Below, one piece after another: positions 41,601-54,600 of a stretch of 64,000 nt of DNA (position 1 is the stretch's first letter; the number at the start of each line of letters is the position of its first letter). The stretch spans positions 32,488,001 through 32,552,000 of the forward strand of contig OZ287752.1 of NCBI GenBank assembly GCA_965649765.1, written 5' to 3'. The translations under genes and the position numbers were made by a program. This DNA is from Bispira polyomma (taxonomy: Eukaryota). Under the pieces are notes generated by a model. The model was not told the DNA's origin and searched no databases. It was given only the letters and a program-made list of their open reading frames with translations.

Positions 41601-43131
41601 ATCAACTGCTGCCTCATTTCTCTGTCGCAAAGTAAATGCCAAATCTATTTCATGGTATTGTTATTCTTGAAGGATAAATATTACACCAGTCTGTTGGCAA
41701 TACAGCAAAAAAACTCAGTTTCCATTGAAATATCATATATAAAGAGGTTTATGGTATGTTTGTTTACGGGGTTTGTTTGGGAGGTTGTCTGTATGTAACA
41801 GTAGAATAGAATATTGTTTTATTTCATCCAATAAAAAACTAGCTTTTCACAAAAGGTCCATAATTAGATATATTTCTTGCCACTTTATTGATCCAGAAAT
41901 GTTTTTGGGTAAAAGTTGTATCATCAATTACAAACAGTTTCCACATTTTAGAAAAATGGAATCCAAATGAAATTCCTTATCACAGTCTCCAGTTTATAAA
42001 AAATATTATAACTTGGACCATGTAGAACTGATATATGACATATATATGAGGTTTGAAGGTGCTAAACTGTGATGAAGTAGTATTTTTGTCTAATTAATGG
42101 TAACTAATATTTATTCCATTAATGTGTTTTGTCATAGCTTAAACTTTCCAATTCAGCAAGCTCCTCACTTTACACAAACACTTCACCTATTTCAAGTTAT
42201 ATTTGCTTATGGAATACCGCTTATATTTGAATTGTGCTATATTGCTATCAACAGAGACAGCATTTTATATATACAAATATAAGAATGAGAGGATCAAATT
42301 GTGTACATGACATGACTCAGTTCAAAGAGTTGTAAAATGTCTATTAATTATACCAGAACTAGAGGAGTTTTTGTAACTGACATAAAACCATCTTATGAAG
42401 TCTTTGACAAAATTAACACTTAATTGTAAACATGTAGATTAGTAGTTCGTGATGATTAGATTAATGTCCACTTCTGTCAATAGAATTGAAATGCATTGGT
42501 TTTGACAGATTGATTTCTGCATAAAATTTATCCTTATTTTTAAAACTGTCCATGTGCAGCGGCCAGCCTACTTATCATCTAAGTTATCTCAGCAATTTGA
42601 CCAGAATAAATCATATATCCACCTATGACTTCTTACCTAAACAATTTGCAGGTTCAAAATCATATAAAGTTGCAACACCTGCTGAATGGAATAGTGTCTT
42701 TGCCAACTGTCATACTAAGACAAGGATTACAGGCTTCCAAAAAAACTCAAAACACATCTGTATCAACTCGCTTTTCTGCCTTAACATTTGTCTGCTACTT
42801 ACGACTGAACTCTGATCACGAACCTTTCTTCCGAATTGAACTATTTTTTGCATCTGACTTTGATGTGTGCCACAGAGGACATTGATTGTGGTGCTATATA
42901 AGCAAAACATCCAAACAACTTTATATGATATTTGGTAAATGGAAGATTTTTATATGCCTTTGATATAACAATATACATGATTTGACTGCACCATAAAAAA
43001 CACACCAGGCCAGCCTTGTATTTTAAGATTAAGATCTAAATGAGATGACAAACAATACCTAATATTTTAATATAAATATATAAACTAATTAAATTGAACA
43101 CCCTCATATTACTCTTCAGCTATTCAACAAT

Positions 43132-44826
43132 TTAAACTACAGTCACCCTGTCCAGGTTCAAAGCCTTGGCTGTTGAGCTGTGTATTTGTACACCTATCAG
43201 TGGAGACTCACTGTGTTTTCTGCCATCCAGTCTAGAGCCTACAATCTCATTTTCTGTTGATGAGCCCTCGTGTTCTGGAGAACAGGGGGATCTCGCTGGC
43301 GGTACGGTCTTACCGTTCAAATGAACACTGCTGTAACTGAAGCGAAAACATGAGGAGACAGGACAACATAGAGTGGAGTTGACTGGCAATCTGTCTGATG
43401 TTGATTGTGTTGTTCTATTGCCACGTCTGTAACTTTGTTTTAATGGTCCATCCGGGCAAGACAGGATTCTTTTGAAGGCTGTTCTAAACTCTTTATTGAA
43501 TACAGGGTATATAATTGGATTGGCCACAGAGTTAATATAGCCGAGCCATGTGAAGACATTAAAGAGCAATGGGTCTACACAGGTTGAACACAGAGCAGTT
43601 ATCACATTAATGGCAAAGAAAGGCATCCAACAAAATAGGAATGTGCCCATAATGACCCCAAGAGTGATAGCAGCCTTTTGATCTGTAGGTTTATATTGAT
43701 GGTGCGGATGGATATGCGGGTCCAAAGCCACATTACTTATTGCACTCCATGTACTGTTTCTCTTAATGCTCTTTACATGTCTCCGCGCGTACTGATATAA
43801 CTTGGCATAAATTGCAATCATAATGACACACGGTACATAAAAGCTGACAAGAGACGATGAAACTGCGTAGATGGGATTTAGATCTAATAAACAAATGAAC
43901 TGGCCATCTATGTACTGGTTATAGTCTTGGGTTTTATGCCAGCCCAAATGAATTGGCAAGAAAGAAATTAGGGCAGACAAAAGCCAGATAATAGCTATAA
44001 ACAATAATGTCCTCCTATGGGTCATGGTCCCTTCATAGTTATATGGGTCTTTGATGTGTAGAAACCTGTCCAGGCTTATGGCACAGATATTCAGGATAGA
44101 TGCAGTTGAACACATTACATCAGCTGATAGCCAAATATTACAGAAAATTGGAGTGAAGACCCAGTGACCCATCACGTCATTGGCAACGGCAAATGACATC
44201 ACCACAGATGCCACAAGAAGATCCGCCACTGCCAGAGATACATAGAAATAGTTGCTACTTTTCCTCAGACTCCTCTCGGTTAAAATTGCAACACACACTA
44301 GTAAATTGCCAACAATTGCTGATATAATTATCAATGACAAAAAGCAAGCAATGATGATCTTTTCAGTTTGTGAGAATCCCTCTTCTGGTAAATGTTGCAC
44401 TGATGTTATGACTGAATCGTTTTCAGTTAGGTTGTTATCCGATAAGGTATACCAGATAGTGGTAGCTGTAGAATGAGTTCTTCTCAACACCGACGGGACT
44501 TCTGTCACTTTGACATCACTGAAAACATTAGCTACACTTGAAAGCTCTCTTGTATCTGAATCATTGTGATCAAAAGATGTAGCTACATGAGAAGCAGAGT
44601 CCACAAATGTATGAGAAGTATCCCTTCTTGTTAAAGACAGATCTGGTGTTGTTGTAAAATTACTCACAAAAACACTGGTCTTGCTAAGAATGTCCTTGTA
44701 TTTGTTGACATAATCAAAAGTCACAATTGCATCACTGGTATCTACATAGCTTGGAAATGAAACATCTGTGTTGACCATTTTTGGTGAACCAGATGTCGCC
44801 AGAAAATTAAATTCCCCTTCCATCAC
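43132..44826 (-). CDS. Dop1R1: D1-like (invertebrate Dop1-type) dopamine receptor, class A GPCR, 564 aa, uninterrupted CDS
   Basis: Seven hydrophobic segments. Motifs: GN (TM1), SLAVAD (TM2), DVMCSTASILNICAISLDRF (TM3 Asp, DRY-like), SSSLVSF (TM5 catechol-binding serines), CWMPFF (TM6), NPIIY (TM7). DRFLHIKDP and DQKAAITLGVIMG match protostome Dop1-type receptors. Confidence 0.93.
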   Translation of the reverse strand: MMEGEFNFLATSGSPKMVNTDVSFPSYVDTSDAIVTFDYVNKYKDILSKTSVFVSNFTTTPDLSLTRRDTSHTFVDSASHVATSFDHNDSDTRELSSVANVFSDVKVTEVPSVLRRTHSTATTIWYTLSDNNLTENDSVITSVQHLPEEGFSQTEKIIIACFLSLIIISAIVGNLLVCVAILTERSLRKSSNYFYVSLAVADLLVASVVMSFAVANDVMGHWVFTPIFCNIWLSADVMCSTASILNICAISLDRFLHIKDPYNYEGTMTHRRTLLFIAIIWLLSALISFLPIHLGWHKTQDYNQYIDGQFICLLDLNPIYAVSSSLVSFYVPCVIMIAIYAKLYQYARRHVKSIKRNSTWSAISNVALDPHIHPHHQYKPTDQKAAITLGVIMGTFLFCWMPFFAINVITALCSTCVDPLLFNVFTWLGYINSVANPIIYPVFNKEFRTAFKRILSCPDGPLKQSYRRGNRTTQSTSDRLPVNSTLCCPVSSCFRFSYSSVHLNGKTVPPARSPCSPEHEGSSTENEIVGSRLDGRKHSESPLIGVQIHSSTAKALNLDRVTVV

Positions 44827-45345
44827 TCTATTTTGTGATCCAGTGCAAGTTTTTTTGTTGTTGTTGAATCTGCTGAATTAATTAATGATTTTTTGTACTC
44901 TTTAATCCCTTTGTTTGAATTAATTTTCTATGAACGTTATTAACTATTGTATTAAACTGTTATACCCTGGTGTTATCTTCAGGGGTTTTATATTCCCTAA
45001 ATCTTAATAATGAACTGAAATATCATAGGTCATTTAACAAAACAACAAATATCCAATAATACATTTAAAGAAAACCTTGTGTCCAACCTCCTATTAATTT
45101 TATCCACACCTTTGTGTTTTTTTCTTAACTGACGTACCAAAATTGTTCTGTAATCAATCCATGAAAGAACTAGGATTTCCTCTAGAGTTTTCTGTAACAG
45201 CATGCACTTGCAGTTTATCCTTTGTTATTAATTTCACAGTATTATAGTTTTACTTACTGCCCTTGTGCAATGTACCATACAATACCTTTGGTATTAGTAT
45301 TTGTTTTACTGTAACACCATGAATTAACATATGATGTTTGTATAT

Positions 45346-45365
45346 CTAGAACAGGAAAAAAAATA
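45346..45365 (-). promoter_or_regulatory. Candidate 3' splice acceptor of a 5'-UTR intron of the receptor gene
   Basis: Minus strand reads ttttttttcctgttctAG|atatac (polypyrimidine tract plus AG), ~520 nt upstream of the ATG. Confidence 0.45.
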
Positions 45366-46572
45366 ATTGCAGTAAGATTAAATAGGTTGTATTTACATAG
45401 TATATTATATGAACAATAAAACAGTGTGTTCTACATCATTCTGCATCTATAAATTATATTATAATCCAGAACTACACTTGGTGTATGAAATCCAAATACA
45501 GATGCATAGTCTCTCACCACTGTACAGTCACAGACATTAATGAGTATGTTCCAATCTGATGTCAAGGTATATATATGTATGGCTTCTCACTGGTCTGACC
45601 ACCACCCCATAAACTCTAACAACACAAACTAAAACACTATTCAAGAGAGCGGCCAAAAGGACTAACCCCTGTTTTAATATTCTGGTGCTGAAGTCCATAA
45701 ATCCCAGAGATTGGCCATCAATGACCCTCTCCTTTCCCATCTACTTCTGTCATTCAAATAAGCAGAATGATTGGTGCAGCTCTGTGTGGGTTAATCAGTG
45801 ACAATGTCCTAGTTTACACTTAGCAGCTGGGTTTTTTTATTGTTCTTCTTTATACACAGACACATTTATCCTTCTGCCCCATATTTTATGTATATTATAA
45901 CATAGAGGCAGTTGTTGTAGTAAAAGTACAAGTCAAAGATAAAACAAATAGCTCCTCTTGTTCACTAAAACTATTGCCACAGCATGTGCTTTTTTATATT
46001 TCCTAAGCCCAAAAGAAATATTTAATAAAAAAAAACTCTGTACCATGATCAGTCCACACAATGGCTTATATCACATGGATGGTTGTTGAAAGAACTGTAG
46101 GTCTTTTCTGGTGACAAATCTTTATATCCACTTGACTTCATCCCTCCTGATTTATCTTTTTTCGCAGTGTGAATATCAGTGTCTGTGGTGATTACTCAGT
46201 ATATGTAGTTGCAAAAGAAAACAAGAAAAAACAGTCAATAGTTAATTCACTCTTTCCCTTGCCTAATATTTTTTTTTGTTTCTTTTATTTTTTCATTCTC
46301 CCCTTTTTCTTTCTTCTCTGTGGGTTGCACAAAAACTCTCCCCTTTAATATCCCTTCTGTGTTGAGATACTTTATTTGAATTAAGTTGGTGAGTTCCAGC
46401 TGATAAGTCAAGTGGCACACTGATTTACTCAACGACAGCATTACCACTTTTACATGCAGTATATTCCTTGCAGTGACTTTAACTTGTACTTATTGTCACT
46501 GTGTGATTGTTTAATAAAAAGAAGTCTGTCTGATCGCCTGACCTATTTCTACAATACACACACGTATATCTC

Positions 46573-46597
46573 ATATATATATATATATATATATATA
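46573..46597. repeat. (TA)n microsatellite
   Basis: Read directly. Confidence 0.95.
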
Positions 46598-46915
46598 GAC
46601 ATATATTTGTTCCATATTTTTCCAAGGTAGATTTATAAACCAACAATAATAAACTGTCTTTCAGTTCAAGGGTGGTGTGATTATTAAAATTTACAAGATC
46701 AGGTCCTTATTGTAGCATTTTATCCAGTGTTAAAATAGTTGAGGCAGACGGGTGAAACACTAGCCTACCCATGAACAGGTACCACACGATTACTTCAATG
46801 CCTTTAATTGCTGGCCTACTGAGCAGCCCTTTTTGTTTATCATCGAGTCACGCAATACAATAGTCTGTGGTCTTCTCGCTGGAAATTTATGAACCTAACC
46901 GCGTCACATTTCCAT

Positions 46916-47075
46916 NNNNNNNNNNNNNNNNNNNNNNNNNNNNNNNNNNNNNNNNNNNNNNNNNNNNNNNNNNNNNNNNNNNNNNNNNNNNNNNNNNNNN
47001 NNNNNNNNNNNNNNNNNNNNNNNNNNNNNNNNNNNNNNNNNNNNNNNNNNNNNNNNNNNNNNNNNNNNNNNNNNN
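46916..47075. other. Assembly gap (160 N)
   Basis: Run of N. Confidence 1.
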
Positions 47076-47189
47076 TAAGGGCACCAGTACAGAGTAAAGG
47101 GGTTTGGAAACCTTTTACTGGCTCCTGTACATTGCTCCACATCTCGCAGGATGTCACAAGATTTTCAGTTACACATATAACATAATAAC

Positions 47190-47776
47190 AACATTTGCCT
47201 AGTTTTACATGAAAATTCTATGTAGCATTACAAATTTTTCATAAATAAGAGAAAGTTTGTTTCAGAATTATTAACACACACATGTGATTGTGGAACATCT
47301 TAACATTTGTTAGATATCAATTACATGAAATAAAAATACAACTTTGTCAAATGATTATGAAAAACTTTTGCAATATAACAAGTTATTACATACACCTTTA
47401 CAGTACAATGCAAATATTTACTTTTCAAAGATATGCAAAATAGAAGTCATTATATTTTTCCAGTGCTTTTTTTGTGCAAAATCATGCATTACAGACAAGA
47501 AAACTTCTGAGTAAAATTTTAAATTATACTCAATAGAGCTTCTCAGGTTTATATTTGAATAATCTAATTTTTCAAATGAACATTTACACCATATACTATA
47601 TATACTAAATGCTACAATAATAATACATAAATGTCTTTTCATTTCTATGTAGTGTTGGTCGGTCAGACCAAGAATAACATGTTTAGGCTGTATATTTAGT
47701 TTTAAACATTTTCCTATTTTACTCCATATGTCTTTCACACGTTGGCAATTATATAATAAATGTAGTGTACTTTCTT
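47190..47776 (-). mobile_element. 3' fragment of an L1/Tx1-clade LINE (ORF2 C-terminus plus 3' UTR)
   Basis: ORF 47418-47822 contains ESTLHLLYNCQRVKDIW...HVILG, the distal half of the L1/Tx1 CCHC (zf-RVT) motif. It is truncated at a (TA)n tract. The lower boundary is uncertain. Confidence 0.7.
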
Positions 47777-47800
47777 TATATATATATATATATATATATA
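47777..47800. repeat. (TA)n microsatellite
   Basis: Read directly. Confidence 0.95.
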
Positions 47801-48936
47801 AATCCAGGCTATGCGAAATCAAAATTTTAATCTCGCCAAATTAAAATTTTGATTTCGCCTAGGCAGAATTAAAATTTCCAAGTTTGTCTAATAGAATTTT
47901 AATCTTGCCTAGGCGGATTTACAATCTGCCTAGACCAAATTGAAATATTTATTTTGCCTAGACAAGATTAAAATAGGGGAAATTAAAATTTTAGATTGAG
48001 GCAAATTTTAATTATTTCATTTATGTACTTATTTTATTTCTTTTTAAAGCACTTTCCATTCATGGTTTAAAGCATTAATTCATACATCGAATATTATAAT
48101 CACTGCATTAATTAAAATGCTGTCTGCCTGGGTAAAATTTAAACTTGACCACACCAATACTTTTTTGGCTTTGTTTACCCTACACTACATTAAAATCCCA
48201 TGTTTATTACTAGCCTAATATGTAATATTAGTGTATTATCACTGTATCAGTGTAATATTTCCTTATTATGGGGTGGTACTTGGGTGTCAAAAGGTTTGGA
48301 ATTGTATTTATTGGTACTGAAAGTACTGAAGTATACAATACATTAGGATTATTGATACAATTAAAATAATAACATTTATATTTTATAGTGTGTCTATTGT
48401 TTGTCTATCTATTATTTGTCTTACCTATTTGACCACCTACTGTTAATTGCCATTATTTGGTTTAGCAATTGTCTTTATCTCAGTACTTCCCCTGGTTTTT
48501 TCACTGCCCTGATAGAATGCAAAACACTGTAATTGCAATTAATGTTTGCAGTGAAAAATCACATGCCTCACAAAGGGTTAAGTATATAATCATTTATGCC
48601 TTTTCCATAGTGGTAATCCCCAAAGATTTTCTTGGTGCACTGCTCTTTTGTATATGCTCAGGAATAAATTGGTAGCACTTGGTAGTGTCTGAATTGATGT
48701 TTTAAACCATGAATGAAAAGTGCTTTATACAGAAATGATGTTAATAATTAATGTAATTACTATATTCCATGTATGAATTAATGTTTTAAACCATGAATGC
48801 AAAGTGCTTTATTAAGAAATAAAATGAGTTCAATTTTAAGGCTGTTATCCTTAGTTTTACTGCATATATAAATAAAATAATTAAAATTTCCCTCAATCTG
48901 AAATTTCAATTCCCCCTATTTTAATTTGGCCTGTGA
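47801..48936. mobile_element. Foldback-like element with long imperfect inverted repeats, between (TA)n tracts
   Basis: 47960-48110 is the approximate reverse complement of 48745-48932. The left arm carries aggcgaaattaaaattt/aatttcgcct-like subrepeats. Confidence 0.7.
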
Positions 48937-48937
48937 C

Positions 48938-48961
48938 ATATATATATATATATATATATAT
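48938..48961. repeat. (TA)n microsatellite
   Basis: Read directly. Confidence 0.95.
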
Positions 48962-49227
48962 GATCCAATTTTTATGCAGTGAATAATGTTAACAGCGTTA
49001 TTATAAGGTTTGATATTCTAAATACGAGGCCATATCCAGTTCCATGTTTATTTTTGTTATATAACAGCTGAAATTTCCAAGACAAATAATAATCTCTTAT
49101 CTATGTTTACATTTATAACATACCCATATAAAAGTAGTTATTTTTGTGGAGTCAGTGGGGTCATTGGAGGGTTACCGGATCAATATTCACATGGCTAATA
49201 CTGTTTCATCTCTTTTTGGGTGGTGTA

Positions 49228-49246
49228 TGACGTCAGTGTGACGTAA
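49228..49246. promoter_or_regulatory. Tandem CRE-like motifs
   Basis: TGACGTCA (49228-49235) and TGACGTAA (49239-49246), followed by YY1-like ATGGCGG and CAAGATGGC. Function untested. Confidence 0.3.
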
Positions 49247-49834
49247 TAGCTATGGCGGGTGCTAGCGGAGGAAAGAGGAAATTTGATTCAAGATGGCAAG
49301 CAGTTCATTTATTTTAAAATTAACTTGTTAAACGACAAAAATAACAGTAATCTCAGCCCACACTAACTGAGTTTACTGTATACAATGCTTACACCTATCA
49401 CATAAAAAACTGTAGGTTTTCAGAACCAGGATTAATTTCTCTAATCTGGACACTGAACCCAGATTCAACTGGGTCTGGTGTAAGCTGGAAATTCAGGTTG
49501 ATCCGGATTAGTCTGAACAGGGTATTAGTTGAAGAGCTCTTTTATTTTCATTGTTAAATGCAGTGAGAGGCTTCTTTCCTCAATGATATGGTAAAATCTT
49601 GATTACCCAAAACAGCAATTACACAAAATGTTTGTCCAAATCTTTAGATTAAACGAACCAAACTGATGTATTCAATCATGTCTTTTTTTTACCTTCAAAA
49701 CATAAACTATAGAAAAAATGTATTTTCTTACACTTTTGCAATTTGTATCAAAATGAGAAGAAACGTAATGTACAATATGTTCCTTTTTTTAACATCTTAA
49801 GTGAGGTTAGTTTGATCTTCTAACATTTTTTTTT

Positions 49835-49952
49835 TAGGTCATATCACGACGGGCAGGTTTAGTGCTGGGGAAACCAGTGTGTACTAGTAAGTTAAGAATT
49901 TACACTGTAAACCAGCGACCATCGTGAAATAAGTGCCAACTTTCCCACCTTA
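49835..49952 (-). mobile_element. Probable SINE 3' fragment of a second family
   Basis: aggtcatatcacgacggg...gaaaccagt...actgtaaacc.gcgacca...actttcccac resembles, from recall, reverse-strand invertebrate SINE bodies. It is preceded by a T-run (a poly-A tail on the minus strand). Confidence 0.5.
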
Positions 49953-50954
49953 AGCTTTGTTATGATTCAATCAAAGAGGTGAGTATGCTCAGGTGCGGTG
50001 AAATGCTGAAAAAAATATATTTATTTATTCAAATATGGGGAGAAAACCTAAATTTTTAAGCTATTATTCTCTTATATATGAATTCACACATAAAGCTCTT
50101 TTATTCCTAATGTCAATGTCAGGACCAATTTCGGTAACAAAATGCTAATATTAATATCACAAATTGCAAAGCAAAGATCTGTTGTAAGTGGCGAATGCTT
50201 CATTATGCCGTTCAATTCACGAGTTATTTGCCTAAATCTGAGCAATGGGAGAGAGAAATAAACAGTGAAAAGAGGCCAACATCACACATTGCCTTGGTCC
50301 ATACTAATTGGTAGAGTAAACATCATACAGACCTCCCTTCCCCCGTAAATTTGTGATTGGGGACATCCCAGTAGTAAAATGGAGGGGGTGGTTTTAATGT
50401 CTCTTGCTCTGGACATTTAATGGGGAGAGAATAGGGGGTGGGGAGAGGCTGGTTTTTTTTGGTGAAAGCAGGGGGAGAGGATGTGGGTGCAATAATAAGT
50501 GTAGAATAAAGAGTGGGGCAAGGTTTGTGCTAGAGGGGTAAGAGTCAGTTTTTACGGGGGGCTGCTGATGAAGTAAAGACAGTGAAGTCAAGATGTTGAC
50601 AGAAGCTCTTACTTTGAAGAACACTGGGAAAGATAATACCAAAATCTAAGATGTCTACAAAGCAACTATATCTCTATATAGAAAATAGCATTATTGTTTA
50701 ACAAGGAAGACATGTTGTGGCTTACAATTAATCAAATATCAATTTTGGGGTGTTTTTTTGTTGGCCACCAGGCACTTTTGCTCAGACCATCAGTTGGAAA
50801 TATGAAATGAATGTAATCAAGCGTAGGGCTAGTGACTGAGTTGCTTCCGGGTGTGTTAACCACAAAATCACCATTTGCTCTTTGACTTATCTTAGAATGA
50901 CGGAAGTGAAGAGTCTATATGTATAATATTATTTTATAGGTATCATGGTATGTA

Positions 50955-50957
<3 letters not shown>

Positions 50958-51004
<47 letters not shown>
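50958..51004. repeat. (TA)n microsatellite
   Basis: Read directly. Confidence 0.95.
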
Positions 51005-51006
<2 letters not shown>

Positions 51007-51394
51007 TATCCCATTCTGCAGCAGAGGAACCAATAAAATGAACAATAAATAAAACTGTAAGTTTTATTTACAAAATGTATTCCATAACCTCAAATAAAAA
51101 AGACTCTATAAGCAAACATAAGTTAGTTTGCAGTAAGTTAAGCTCTAGAGTGCTTTCAGGTTATTGTATGTGGAAAGTCCAAACTTGCAACCTTGCATTG
51201 TCACCATGTTTGTGCAACAGTGAGAAAGCAGGTGTAGTAAACTAAACACCATTTCCAATAAAAGTAATGAAAATACAGCTATATATACAGACCAACAATC
51301 AATAGCATATGTTAAAGTTAAAGAGCTAAGAAAAACCAAAGTCCTGGTTGGTTTTTTATATTAATTTATTGTAATCTTAGATGTCATAATATTG

Positions 51395-51635
51395 GAGTTT
51401 TAGTTTGAGGTGGAAAACTTAAAACCAATCTATTTAAACTGGCTTACCCTGTAGCTCCCTTCCTTTAGCCCCCCCCCCCCCCATCCCCCTTCCCCAACCC
51501 CACCCACATCCTTCCTTACGACCTAGGTATCTTTTGGGGACTTTTATTTTGGCTAATTGATTCTGTTGGTGTACTTTAGAAGATGCCTCACATCAATAAG
51601 GCGTGTTAAAAATACAAACTATAATATACAATATA
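51395..51635 (+). mobile_element. L2 3'-end remnant
   Basis: cttaaaaccaatctatttaaactggcttaccc (LKTNLFKLAYP) and 3' UTR ctttagaagatgcctcacatcaataaggcgtgttaaaaat. Confidence 0.8.
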
Positions 51636-54600
51636 TCTTATGGTAACTGGAAGAAATAAGTAAACTATATACCGTAGTGGCTTATATTAAAGTTAAATAG
51701 CAAGACAAAAAAATACACAACCTGTATCAAAAGGTTGAAGAATAATTTTGTAACATTTGATTTTTACTTTCAGGAATATTTTATGTTATTCTTAAAGTAA
51801 CATACAGAAGTAAGTCAGCTATTCTCTGGTAGTGACTATCAATATAAGTTAAATGAGCAAAACAAACAATTTTCCAATATAAATATGGATTATTCACATT
51901 AATTTACACTATAATATTACATTTTATAGAACATTGGAGTGTAAATTTAAGAAAACCTTTTTGTTATATCTTATATAAGAAAAAGAAATAAGTAAACTAT
52001 GCTGACGATCACTGTGTAGTGGCTTCATCCCATCTTCGGGTTAAGGGGTGCTTGGAGGAGAGACCATAAGGGAAAATCCTAAATGCTTGGGGAAGTAAGG
52101 GAGGGGGGTTATTTCACCCAACCCCCACCCACCACATCACCACCCCTACTACTCTAATCCACCTCTACCCCCCCACCCCCCACCCCTATCTCCCTACCCC
52201 TCTCACCCCTAAACCCCTCCTTGTGATGACCGGAAGAAGAAGATTAAACAACATGCCAATCACTGAGCACACAGCCCTTTTAGTAGTCCAGGCTTCAAAG
52301 ACCCACTAATAACATGTTCTTAATAATTCCTGCACTGATTACCCTTTGCAAATATGCCGGCAAGAATGATTAGGCCCCAACAACATATGAAGGGCACGAG
52401 CCAATGTGGATTTCTGCATTGCAGTATTTAACGAGAAAAAAATAACACATCCGATTTAAAGTTTCATGAAAAGATTGTTGTGCTCTATTGGTAAATGGAT
52501 CATACATTAAATAACACCTATATATCTGTATCCCTAAAAAAAGGAATGAAAATTCCAAGTCTCATGTTTTCAAATTATATTACTTGCTTAATTAAAAGCA
52601 TGGTGGGGTGTTTTGTCACATGGCTCTTAAATTGAGTACAAAAAATGGCACCGACATTGCTTCCTGCAGGTCAAACATGAGAAATCCGATGGTTTGCTTG
52701 ATGGGACCAAATTAATTTGGTGTGGTGAAGAATGGAGATTTTATTGAAGCTGAGATTTGCATCAACACAAAGAGACCATGGGGGGTATATATTATGGGGA
52801 TCGGGCATCACTGATCATCATCAGATGGGTGTACAAAGCCAAGTGCAAAACATGACACATGTATAAACGAAGAGGCAGTTTAATGTATTACATACATATG
52901 GACTTGTATGGCTTATCTGTGGTTTGTAGCCTTAAGAAAATTCACTTAGGCTCATTTTGGTGTGATAAATTAAACTAAACCTTTTCTTGATCTGTATTAG
53001 TTGGGTACCCCATATAACATGTTGTACTAACACTTTTGCAATTATCATTTTGCTGGCATCACACGATCACAGCATCATCAAAGTTTGGATATAGACATGC
53101 ATATAACAATTATGCATATGCAGAGTGAACTTTGACATTATCTGTTATATGTATTTGTTTATGAATATATTATGACATTGACTTTTTAAAGCCATGCCCA
53201 GTCTATATTGTAGTCTCTCATGGCCTAGTAGTTAGATCTGGTGATCAGAGGCTCCTCGTTTCAACTCCCAACTCCCATTATTCTGATGCTGCTAGGTTCA
53301 TTGGTGGGATAACATCATTGATGAAGATGTGAACATGCCATTGTGTATTGATTAAAACCCAGCCTATGTTGTAGGCCATGTTGTAGGACAGATAATTGAT
53401 TGATTGATTCAGATGTTGCACTTTAGAAGTCTTGCATCGATAAATCGTATAAAATATTCTCTTACTGTTACTAGAGTGGTATACTCCCCATAAATAATTG
53501 AACGGCATTTCTTTAACAAACCCAGTAACGGTGAATGTTTGAGTGATTCGAACAGCCAAAATATAGACCTGTTTAATTATATTAGAATAGAAATAATACC
53601 CTGAAACCCATGCTTTATATGCACATTTTAAATTAACTCAGGGGTTGAATTAATGCATTCAGTTCTTCGGGCTTCATGACATTAGTTCCTTTGATGAATC
53701 GTTCAGAAATTCACACGAAGCATTCGTTTTTATTATTATTCCTAAAATGACATATTTTTTTGCTATGTCTTATTTGTAAGCTTGTAAGAAATCAGAAAGC
53801 GCTGGGTCCATAAGCATAATGGCTGTATTTATGTTTATCTGCAAGTAGGCTGACAAAAATATTTTGCAGTGAGATTTTTCTTGGACTTTGATGATATTTA
53901 ATTCGGGTCATTCTCCTACAACAGTTCGGTGGTCACATCGACATAACCTTTTATTTAACAGCTTAACCCATATTTTATTTCCGAATTATTGTATTTATTG
54001 CCAACAGAGAATCAATGCATGAAACAACAAAGGCGCAAAGTAGAATGCAAAAACTCTCAACACAGGGTAAAACATGTATAAAGGACCTGTGCTTTGGCTA
54101 CATATTGTAACCTTTTAAAGTAGGTTATCTCATATAACATGTACAATGTACAGGAACAATTTCTTTGACCAAAATATGGTAAATATAATTATTAAATTAC
54201 AGAGTAAGTACTCATTACTCGCTTAGCTTTATCCAGTTTTGCACAACCAGTTCTGCCCATGTCTTAAGCATTACAAACATTTTAGGTAAAATTGGGTAAT
54301 CCTGTTATCAAACAAACCAACAAACAAACACAGTAAAAAAACATAACCTTTGTGGTCGAGGTAACAATGCTAAGAGATACATTTCCACAGATACCTCAGG
54401 TATAAGACCTCCCAAATGAAATGAAATATAAAATGTCTTCAACTCGCTTACCCCCTTATTTTCTTCCTTGTACACCCTTACATCACTCCTTACGACCTGG
54501 CTTTGGGGTTTTTAGGACTTTTCAATTGGTTAATTGATTGCATCTTAGCATATTTAGATAAACAGTTGTAATACTTGGTCTAAAATTTACATGACATTGT

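Noticed and set aside
44252-44476. Antisense ORF inside the receptor CDS
   Set aside because: Shadow of the coding strand.
46840-47185. ORFs spanning the N run
   Set aside because: Artefacts of the assembly gap.
53221-53272. tRNA gene
   Set aside because: Only an A-box-like TGGCCTAGTAG and a degenerate B box, with no cloverleaf. At most a decayed SINE head.
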